A stretch of 10,517 nt of DNA from Fidelibacterota bacterium. Lineage in GTDB: Bacteria; Fidelibacterota; Fidelibacteria; Fidelibacterales; Fidelibacteraceae. Shown here piece after piece: positions 1 through 6,834 of this stretch. How positions within the stretch are numbered: position 1 is the first letter of the stretch; each line of letters starts with the position of its first letter. A model generated the notes under the pieces. It saw only the letters and a program-made list of their open reading frames with translations. It searched no databases and had not been told where the DNA came from. The position numbers and the translations under genes were made by a program. Location of the stretch: positions 700 through 11,216 of the forward strand of contig JAYEOX010000131.1 of assembly GCA_034723415.1 (NCBI GenBank), in the 5' to 3' direction.

Positions 1-137
1 CAGTAGATGCAGTAGAAGGTATATCGGCAGATTCGAAGATAAATTTATCAATTAAGTTTGATGTAAAGAATGTACCTGCAAGCACAAGTGCTGGAGATAT
101 TTCACATAATTGTAAATTAACAATTTTGGCTAATTAA
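1..137 (+). CDS. 3' end (44 aa visible) of an upstream tandem paralog of the pilin-like gene at 171-665; truncated by the window edge
   Basis: Frame from nt 3 reads VDAVEGISADSKINLSIKFDVKNVPASTSAGDISHNCKLTILAN-TAA(135-137), identical to the C-terminus of the 164-aa protein. nt 1-137 match 529-665 except g128/a656, a synonymous Leu TTG/TTA change. Not in the ORF track. Confidence 0.92.
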   Translation, partial: VDAVEGISADSKINLSIKFDVKNVPASTSAGDISHNCKLTILAN

Positions 138-170
138 TAATAAAAAGAAAATTTAAAAAAGGAGAAGAAA

Positions 171-665
171 ATGAAGAAATTAATTGTATTACTATTGTTG
201 TTGGGCGGTATAAGCACAGTATTCGCCGTTAATAATAATGATGACAATGTAGATGTTAACTGGACAATTCCCGCTGTAAATTCCATTGATATTGATGATG
301 AAGCGATTGACATTGGAGAATTGAACCACACAGTTGGTAATGTAAATTTTGATGATGCAACAAGTTCAGGAACATATGATTATGCATCAAATCAAACATC
401 AGAAAGAAAGATCACAGCAGAATTAACATCTGCAAATGTAGCAGCCGGTAACTTATATCTTACACTTGATGATCCAAACACAGAGACAGCAGGATCAGAA
501 GTTGATATTACAAACAGTTATGGATCGGCAGTAGATGCAGTAGAAGGTATATCGGCAGATTCGAAGATAAATTTATCAATTAAGTTTGATGTAAAGAATG
601 TACCTGCAAGCACAAGTGCTGGAGATATTTCACATAATTGTAAATTAACAATTTTAGCTAATTAA
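171..665 (+). CDS. Secreted beta-rich small protein, putative major pilin/fimbrial subunit (chaperone-usher/WxL-like)
   Basis: AAGGAG SD at 159-164. Sec signal peptide MKKLIVLLLLLGGISTVFA. About 145-aa mature chain starting with the alternating strand VDVNWTI and ending AGDISHNCKLTILAN (Gly at -14 plus a terminal alternating strand). Tandem copy and downstream chaperone/usher-like genes support the call. Confidence 0.7.
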   Translation: MKKLIVLLLLLGGISTVFAVNNNDDNVDVNWTIPAVNSIDIDDEAIDIGELNHTVGNVNFDDATSSGTYDYASNQTSERKITAELTSANVAAGNLYLTLDDPNTETAGSEVDITNSYGSAVDAVEGISADSKINLSIKFDVKNVPASTSAGDISHNCKLTILAN

Positions 666-690
666 CAATAAATAGAAAATAATATTAATG

Positions 691-722
691 AAGAGGCGGT
701 TTGTTAACTGTCTCTTTTTTTT
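691..722 (+). terminator. Rho-independent terminator after the pilin genes
   Basis: Stem AAGAGGCGGTT / AACTGTCTCTT (two G-U pairs), loop TGTT, followed by a T-run to 722. Confidence 0.8.
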
Positions 723-780
723 ATGTACAAAATTTTATGTTCATAAATAATTTAGATTTAATGCAAATACCAATATATCA

Positions 781-824
781 AAATTGTTTAATAAAATAAA
801 CAAATTGTATATTTACTTAAACAA
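781..824. promoter_or_regulatory. Two tandem TGT-N12-ACA palindromes, candidate upstream activator sequences for a sigma54 enhancer-binding protein
   Basis: TTGTTTA-ATAAAA-TAAACAA (784-803, perfect inverted repeat) and TTGTATATTTACTTAAACAA (805-824). The sites are 21 bp apart and lie about 130-170 bp upstream of the sigma54 element. Confidence 0.55.
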
Positions 825-952
825 AATTTAATATTTATTAATTTAAAGATATAAAAAAATAAAAAAAGACAAAAAAATATAATCGCATAATAGCGTATAA
901 TAAGGCAAGTTAGCCAGTTAATTAAAATAGTTATTATTAAAACTAACAATTC

Positions 953-968
953 TGGCACAATAGTTGCA
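953..968 (+). promoter_or_regulatory. Sigma54 (RpoN) -24/-12 promoter
   Basis: TGGCACAATAGTTGCA matches the consensus TGGCAC-N5-TTGCA. GG(954-955) and GC(966-967) have the canonical 10-nt spacing, directly upstream of the response regulator. Confidence 0.88.
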
Positions 969-1002
969 TTATATTATAGTGGTATGAAAATGAAAAAGGA
1001 AA

Positions 1003-1440
1003 ATGAAAAAGGAAAATGATATAAAAATGAAAAATACAATATTGATTCTAGAAGATTCGAAAATTCAGAGAATACAGATAATAGATGAATTAAAACGAGA
1101 TGATAGAGAGATAATATCAACAGGATCTATCCTTGAGGCAAAAGAAATTTACGACAGCAACAAGTTCAAAATTGGTCTATTTATACTTGATTTGAAGCTT
1201 CCTGATGGTAATGGAGTTGAATTTCTTGAATATGTAAGAGAATCTTTAAATGTTGCACCTGCTATTATTCAAAGCGGTTTTTTATCTCAAAATATTATAA
1301 GTAGGGCTAGAGAACTTGGAATTATTGAATTTTTTGAAAAACCAATTCAAATTACTAATTTAGTTTTAGTTGTAGAAGAATATTTTAATGACAATATCAA
1401 TGCTAATAAGAAAAAAAAAATAATGTTTATAGTTAATTAA
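1003..1440 (+). CDS. Single-domain response regulator (CheY-like REC); alternative start ATG 1027
   Basis: ILILEDS acidic pocket, FILDLKLPDGNG phosphoacceptor Asp, IIQSG switch Ser and FFEKP conserved Lys; no output domain. Confidence 0.92.
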   Translation: MKKENDIKMKNTILILEDSKIQRIQIIDELKRDDREIISTGSILEAKEIYDSNKFKIGLFILDLKLPDGNGVEFLEYVRESLNVAPAIIQSGFLSQNIISRARELGIIEFFEKPIQITNLVLVVEEYFNDNINANKKKKIMFIVN

Positions 1441-1456
1441 TAAATAGGGTAAAATT

Positions 1457-4400
1457 ATGAAGAAAATAGAAATAATAATATTAATTTTTTTAATGAATGT
1501 TGGTCTATATGCAATAGATAAACAATATCAAGTAAATTCTAGTTCAGACGATGCTGAAGAAAGAGCTGCCGGGTCACAAATTGGAGAAATGTATTTAAGT
1601 AGTAGTGATTTAGAGTTTGTTAGAGATGGAAATGACCAAGAAATTGGAATTAGATTTAATAATATTGACATTCCACAAAACGGTATTATAGATTCTGCAA
1701 AATTGGTTTTTGTTATTGATGAAGACAGAACAACTGAAACTAATTTAAATATTTATGCTCAATATACTGGTAATGCTTTAGAGTTTAATGATAATGATTA
1801 TGATATTACTCAAAGAGCAAAAACATCTAATAGTGTTCAATGGAATAATGTTGATCCAGCAGCTGTTGGCGAGACCTTAACATCTCCTGATATTTCTGCG
1901 ATAATACAAGAAGTTATCAATAGAGAGGACTGGTCATCTGGAAATTCATTGGCAGTAATTATAAATGGAGAGGGTCAAAGAATTGTTGAGTCATATAATG
2001 GTGATAGCAATAATGCTCCAATTTTGAATATATCTTTTATTGCCGGAGAAGAGGATGAAGGTAACGGAGACGAATCTGCAGGATTAGTTTCATTTTGGAA
2101 CTTCAATGAAAATTCAGGATCTGTAGCAAAGGATTCTGTTGGTGATAATAATGGAGTAATTTATGGAGCAAGCTGGACAACTGGTATCAATGGGAGTGCT
2201 TTAGAATTTTTTGGAAAGGGAGAACGTTTAGAAGTAGATAATAGTAATTCTTTAAATATAGATGGTAATCAAATAACTTTATCAACTTGGTTTAAGCTTA
2301 GTGAGATTAAAAATGCGGGTGGACTTATTTTTAAGAATTCCCAATATTTTTTAAAGATTAATAATCAAGGAAAAATAAGTTTTGTTTTATATATTCCATC
2401 TTGGTCAGAGATCTCTACAGATTGGGGTGATAGGATTACAGATACTAACTGGCATCATGTTGCTGGTGTTTATGATGGAGTTGAAATGAAAATTTATTTA
2501 GATGGTAAAGAGTTTGCCAGTCAAGCTGTGAAAGGGAATATTCAACTTACAACTTCTGATGTTTGGATTGGAAGTCAAACAAAATCTCTAAATAATTTTA
2601 ACGGGAAATTAGATGAAATAGGAATATATAACAAAGCATTAAGTGAGTCTGAAATTGAAGATTTATATAACAGTCAATCGCAAACCCCATCAGAAATTTT
2701 AGGTAATCATACAGACGAGGATGGTGATGGTTATTCTCAGGGTTGCACAGTAACAAGTCCACCAGAATGTGAAGAAGGAAGTTTTACTGTTGAATTTGAA
2801 GATATGTTTTCCGGAAGCGGAGAAACCATTAATGATGAAATTAACTGGATGGGTAGGTATGATTTGCCTAATGTTAGTGCTGTGACAGAAAATAATATAG
2901 CGAAAATTTATGGTTGGAAGAATATTAGAACTGTTAACAGTTATGACCATTCCTCAAAATGGGTTAAGTATTCCGTTCAGATCGTAGATGATAACACTGT
3001 GGCAAAAGTAGCAACCCATCCAATTTCTACAGAGTCGGGAGAAGTATTGGGAGGAATTGGAGTAGTGGTTAAATTTGAGAACAGTATAGCTACTATTTAT
3101 GGAGATAATTTAGGTTATGCTCCACAAAGATCTATAGAATCAATTGATTTTTCTGGAGAAAGCGGTCCTTTGCAAGTTAATATCTATCAAAAAGACAAAC
3201 AATATCAAGTAAAATTAGTCAGGGGCGAACACTCGGCCTTTAAGAGCTGGACAGGTAGTCGGGATGAATTAAATAATCCACAGACAATTTTACAGTTGGG
3301 GAGTGAAGGAAGTGATAGTTATTATGATAATGTCAATATTCAAATCTGTGAAGTTGTGCCAGAAGAGATGCAAGGTTCTGGAACAAAAGACGATCCTTAC
3401 ATTATTCTAACTTTGGATCATCTACAATCTATAAACGAAGATTTAGATGCTTATTATAATTTAGGTGTAAATATTGACGCTTCAGAAACTGAAAATTGGA
3501 ATAATGGATTAGGTTTTGAACCACTTGGAAGTGTAGATAGTGCTTTTACTGGAGTTTTTGATGGTAAGGGATATATCATTTCAAATATTTATATTAATCG
3601 TCCAGATTTGAGTTATAGTGGATTGTTTGGTTATATTTATAGATATGGAGATGGTATAGCAATAATTAAAAATGTAGGTATTGAGAGTATTAACATAATT
3701 GCAAAGAATGAGATTGGAGGGTTAGTAGGTTATAATAAATATGGAGATATCTCAAATTGTTATGTTACTGAAGGTTCTATTAATGGAAGCGGATCTGTTG
3801 TAGGGGGATTAGTTGGACATAATCGTGGATATATTATAGATTCTTATTCAACTGCTGTTGAATTAGAGGGTTATTATGGTGTAGGAGGATTAATTGGAAG
3901 ACACGATTATCATATCAGTAATACCTATGCTGCAAATATAGTTAATGTAAGAGATACCAATACTCCTTTCCAAGGAGGCTTAATTGGTTGGGTTAATACT
4001 GACTTTGAGCCAACAGTTAATAATTCGTTTTGGGACACAGAAGTATCAAATCAAAATACAACTCACCTAAATATGGGAACAGGAAAGACCACCGCTGAAA
4101 TGCAAGATGTAGTAACCTTTACAGATGAAAATACTGACGGTTTAGATGATGCCTGGGACTTTATAAACAATCCTAATAATGATACCGCTAATGAAGATAT
4201 TTGGATTATTGAAGAAGATGTTTATCCTTTTTTAACTTTATTTTCAGATTATGGACCAGATGAGCCAACACCGGTGACATTAATAGATTTTAATGCTAGT
4301 AATGAGAATGGAAATGTTGTACTTAATTGGAATACTGCTTCTGAAACAGATAATGTTGGTTACAAAATTTATAGAAAATTAAGAAACAAAGATAGTGAAT

Positions 4401-4864
4401 TAATATCCTCTTATTCAGATAATTATGATCTGAAAGGACAAGGAAATTCAACTGAAAAACACAATTATGAATATATTGATTCAAATGTAAAAGCAAGTGT
4501 AGATTATACTTACATATTAAAAAATGTTGATTATTCAGGAACTGAAACCAAATCCGGTGAAGTAAATATTACAACAAATGAAAGTAATTTTATTATAAAT
4601 GATAAATACATATTGGAAAACACATATCCAAATCCATTCAATTCCACATTTACAATTCCACTAAAATTGAACGAAAGTGCATTTGTAGATATAAAATTAA
4701 TAAATATACTTGGACAGAAAGTATTACAGATCAAAGAGAATCAAATGGTTGAAGGTAATCATAATTTACAAGTAAATTGTAATGATCTAGTTTCAGGCAC
4801 CTATTTTGTAAGAGTAACAGTTGATAATGTAAATGATGTTCAAAAAGTTGTTTTATTAAAATAA
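1457..4864 (+). CDS. Large secreted multi-domain adhesin-like protein: signal peptide, DDAEE/DNRLRE-like domain, LamG, unassigned domain, GLUG-motif region, FN3-like domain, T9SS type-A C-terminal sorting domain
   Basis: Signal peptide MKKIEIIILIFLMNVGLYA. SSSDDAEE..SSDLE..GIRF..SPDISAIIQEVI..APIL (~1515-2040). LamG GLVSFWNFNE..WHHVAGVYDG..IYLDG..FNGKLDEIGIYNKALS (~2080-2670). GSGTKDDPYII..FTGVFDGKGYIISNIYI..GGLVG repeats (~3370-4240). PVTLIDFNA..WNTASETDNVGYKIYR (~4265-4575). YPNPFN..LVSGTYFVRV..QKVVLLK (~4605-4861). Confidence 0.85.
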   Translation: MKKIEIIILIFLMNVGLYAIDKQYQVNSSSDDAEERAAGSQIGEMYLSSSDLEFVRDGNDQEIGIRFNNIDIPQNGIIDSAKLVFVIDEDRTTETNLNIYAQYTGNALEFNDNDYDITQRAKTSNSVQWNNVDPAAVGETLTSPDISAIIQEVINREDWSSGNSLAVIINGEGQRIVESYNGDSNNAPILNISFIAGEEDEGNGDESAGLVSFWNFNENSGSVAKDSVGDNNGVIYGASWTTGINGSALEFFGKGERLEVDNSNSLNIDGNQITLSTWFKLSEIKNAGGLIFKNSQYFLKINNQGKISFVLYIPSWSEISTDWGDRITDTNWHHVAGVYDGVEMKIYLDGKEFASQAVKGNIQLTTSDVWIGSQTKSLNNFNGKLDEIGIYNKALSESEIEDLYNSQSQTPSEILGNHTDEDGDGYSQGCTVTSPPECEEGSFTVEFEDMFSGSGETINDEINWMGRYDLPNVSAVTENNIAKIYGWKNIRTVNSYDHSSKWVKYSVQIVDDNTVAKVATHPISTESGEVLGGIGVVVKFENSIATIYGDNLGYAPQRSIESIDFSGESGPLQVNIYQKDKQYQVKLVRGEHSAFKSWTGSRDELNNPQTILQLGSEGSDSYYDNVNIQICEVVPEEMQGSGTKDDPYIILTLDHLQSINEDLDAYYNLGVNIDASETENWNNGLGFEPLGSVDSAFTGVFDGKGYIISNIYINRPDLSYSGLFGYIYRYGDGIAIIKNVGIESINIIAKNEIGGLVGYNKYGDISNCYVTEGSINGSGSVVGGLVGHNRGYIIDSYSTAVELEGYYGVGGLIGRHDYHISNTYAANIVNVRDTNTPFQGGLIGWVNTDFEPTVNNSFWDTEVSNQNTTHLNMGTGKTTAEMQDVVTFTDENTDGLDDAWDFINNPNNDTANEDIWIIEEDVYPFLTLFSDYGPDEPTPVTLIDFNASNENGNVVLNWNTASETDNVGYKIYRKLRNKDSELISSYSDNYDLKGQGNSTEKHNYEYIDSNVKASVDYTYILKNVDYSGTETKSGEVNITTNESNFIINDKYILENTYPNPFNSTFTIPLKLNESAFVDIKLINILGQKVLQIKENQMVEGNHNLQVNCNDLVSGTYFVRVTVDNVNDVQKVVLLK

Positions 4865-4994
4865 AGAACATTTAATTTTAGAAAAATAAGAAAAAATAGA
4901 ATAGAAATTTAAAAAGAAAAAATGAAAAAAATAATAATTCTTGGCTTTTTAAATAATAATAATTACATTTCTTTAAACTAGGAGTTTGAATTAT

Positions 4995-5936
4995 ATGAAA
5001 ATTTTTAAAACATTAATTATAATAATATTTATTACAACATTTTTATTTAGTGCTGATGCTGTATCTATTGTTCCATCTGATAAAACAATGATCGGCGGTA
5101 ATACAGAAATATTTGATGTAAATATTAATAATGCCTTTAATCTGAGTGGTTTTGACATTCGGATCAAATATAATACAGATTATATTAGCTCATTTGTATT
5201 GACTGAAGGGACATTTCTAGACAATGCTGATGGTAATACTACTCAATGGTATGTTACAGGAGTTGCAGGTGACTATATTGCTCATTGTACAATTTTAGGA
5301 CCAACAGAAGGAGCAACAGGTAATGGAAAATTATTTACAATTGAAATTACTACAAAAGATGTAAATTATACAGTAAATTCCGATATATTGTTGTATTCTG
5401 CTATTTTTAGTAAGTCTGACGACCATCCTGATGATCAATTTGCTGCTGTAGGTGTTTTAGAAAAAAGTATTTCAAACCAATCTATTTTAAATAGTGTTAA
5501 TTTAACTATCTGGCCTAATTGGGGAAACATTGATATTATAGGTAATTGGGATATTATAAATATTTCTGAAAATGATATTATTAATTCAAATGAAGTTGAA
5601 AGTGCAGATAATTTTGTTTACCTGGATGTTAGTGGTTTTTCCTGCAACTGGTGGTTCTGTGATAACTGGAGAATCGATGTCAAAAAAACAGATATTAATT
5701 GGAATGAAAATCTTGTATTATCATTAAAAAGAGTTAATGATGGACATGCTGATAATAATGGAGAAATTAATGGTGGTACCAATTATCAAATAATTACAAA
5801 TTCAAATCAATTATTTTGTGAAGGAGAGGGCGATAGAAAGAGAATCTATTTACAAAATAAATTAGGAGGATTATCCTATCAAATTCCTCCAGACACATAT
5901 TCAACTACAATACAATTCACAATTATAGATGAGTAA
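4995..5936 (+). CDS. Secreted two-domain protein: N-terminal cohesin-like domain plus C-terminal pilin-like domain (putative minor/tip subunit)
   Basis: AGGAG at 4980-4984 favours ATG 4995 over TTG 4986. Signal peptide MKIFKTLIIIIFITTFLFSA. Cohesin-like motifs FDVNINNAFNLSGFDIRIKYN..LTEGTFL..GNGKLFTIEI. C-terminus PDTYSTTIQFTIIDE aligns without gaps with the pilin C-terminus AGDISHNCKLTILAN. Confidence 0.65.
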   Translation: MKIFKTLIIIIFITTFLFSADAVSIVPSDKTMIGGNTEIFDVNINNAFNLSGFDIRIKYNTDYISSFVLTEGTFLDNADGNTTQWYVTGVAGDYIAHCTILGPTEGATGNGKLFTIEITTKDVNYTVNSDILLYSAIFSKSDDHPDDQFAAVGVLEKSISNQSILNSVNLTIWPNWGNIDIIGNWDIINISENDIINSNEVESADNFVYLDVSGFSCNWWFCDNWRIDVKKTDINWNENLVLSLKRVNDGHADNNGEINGGTNYQIITNSNQLFCEGEGDRKRIYLQNKLGGLSYQIPPDTYSTTIQFTIIDE

Positions 5937-5967
5937 TATTTTTATTAAAAATTAAAAGAGGAATAAA

Positions 5968-6831
5968 ATGGTTATTAAATTTAAAGAAAATATGATATAT
6001 AGAAGTATTAAAAATAACTTAATAAAATATTTTTCTATTTTATTATTTATTATATATATACCATTTTCTTCAAAAGTACTTCTTGGTAGTATTTTAATTG
6101 AAAGTGAGCTATTTTTTCAAGATAACCTAAATATAGGAGAGAGATCTACGGGAGTAATCCGAATTAGAAATACAGGAGAAAAACCGGCAAAAGTAAATCT
6201 CTATAAGAAGGATTATTCATTTAATAGTAATGGTACAAATAGTTATTTGGAACCGGGAACTTTAGAGAGATCGAATGCAGATTGGATTACGATTGTTCCT
6301 GAAAAGGTTACAATCCCCGGTAATGGAAGAGTTGAAATAAATTATACCGTAAAGGTACCCTTTGATAAAGCTCTAATTGGTTCATATTGGAGTCTTATAA
6401 TGGCTGAGCAAGTAACAAATCCAAAACTTAATAATAAAAAAAATAATGATAATGTACGAGTTGGTGTATTTGTTAGCACACGATATGGTATTCAAATACT
6501 TACAAATATTGGTTTAACGGGGCAAAAAAAACTTAAGTTTACAAAAACAAAAATTAAAAAAAATGTTGATAAAGAATATTTATTTGTAGACGTTAAAAAT
6601 GTTGGAGATCAATTTTTACGGACAAAAATTTATGCTGAATTTTATGATCAATCAGGAAATTATATAGGTAAATTTTTAGGGGAGGAGAAAAAGAGAATAT
6701 ATCCTGATACATCTGTAAGATTTAAAATAGATATTAGTAAAATAAAAAATGGAAAATATAGTGTATTAATTGTTGCAGATGGTGAAGAAGAAGCATTGTT
6801 TGGAATAAAATATACTTTAACAATTGAATAA
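5968..6831 (+). CDS. Putative periplasmic pilus chaperone (two Ig-like domains; PapD-like / DUF916 WxL-interacting-protein-like)
   Basis: Hydrophobic signal YFSILLFIIYIPFSS. Domain 1: IRIRNTGEKP..DWITIVPEKVTIPGNGRVEINYTVKVP..GSYWSLIMAE. Domain 2: VDVKNVGD..IYPDTSVRF..GKYSVLIVAD. Stop lies 3 nt before the usher-like start (taaggaatg). Alternative start at 5992. Confidence 0.7.
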   Translation: MVIKFKENMIYRSIKNNLIKYFSILLFIIYIPFSSKVLLGSILIESELFFQDNLNIGERSTGVIRIRNTGEKPAKVNLYKKDYSFNSNGTNSYLEPGTLERSNADWITIVPEKVTIPGNGRVEINYTVKVPFDKALIGSYWSLIMAEQVTNPKLNNKKNNDNVRVGVFVSTRYGIQILTNIGLTGQKKLKFTKTKIKKNVDKEYLFVDVKNVGDQFLRTKIYAEFYDQSGNYIGKFLGEEKKRIYPDTSVRFKIDISKIKNGKYSVLIVADGEEEALFGIKYTLTIE

Positions 6832-6834
6832 GGA

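Larger units (their letters stand above)
1..665 (+). repeat. Direct gene-level tandem duplication, offset 528 bp (1-137 vs 529-665)
   Basis: 136/137 nt identical by manual alignment; similarity decays just after the stops (taataaaaagaaaat vs caataaatagaaaat). Confidence 0.95.

Noticed and set aside
1..665. DGR TR/VR pair for the duplicated pilin 3' end
   Set aside because: Only one synonymous mismatch, both copies look coding, and there is no reverse transcriptase in the window.
987..1019. 2.5 copies of 13-bp aaaatgaaaaagg around the regulator start
   Set aside because: Real but low-complexity. It mainly makes the start codon ambiguous (1003 vs 1027), with no evidence of function.
2714..2737. 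Dockerin in the large adhesin as partner for the cohesin-like domain
   Set aside because: Only a single DEDGDG loop; it lacks the duplicated GDxNxDGxxxxxD loop-helix repeats of dockerins.
1457..4864. Catalytic protease or glycosidase in the large protein
   Set aside because: The GLUG region resembles the non-catalytic part of M26/Zmp proteins, but no HExxH or glycoside hydrolase motif is visible.
4922..4981. 19-aa ORF MKKIIILGFLNNNNYISLN resembling a decayed signal-peptide start
   Set aside because: No SD, very short, and easily produced by AT-rich sequence; cannot be supported as a pseudogene or uORF.
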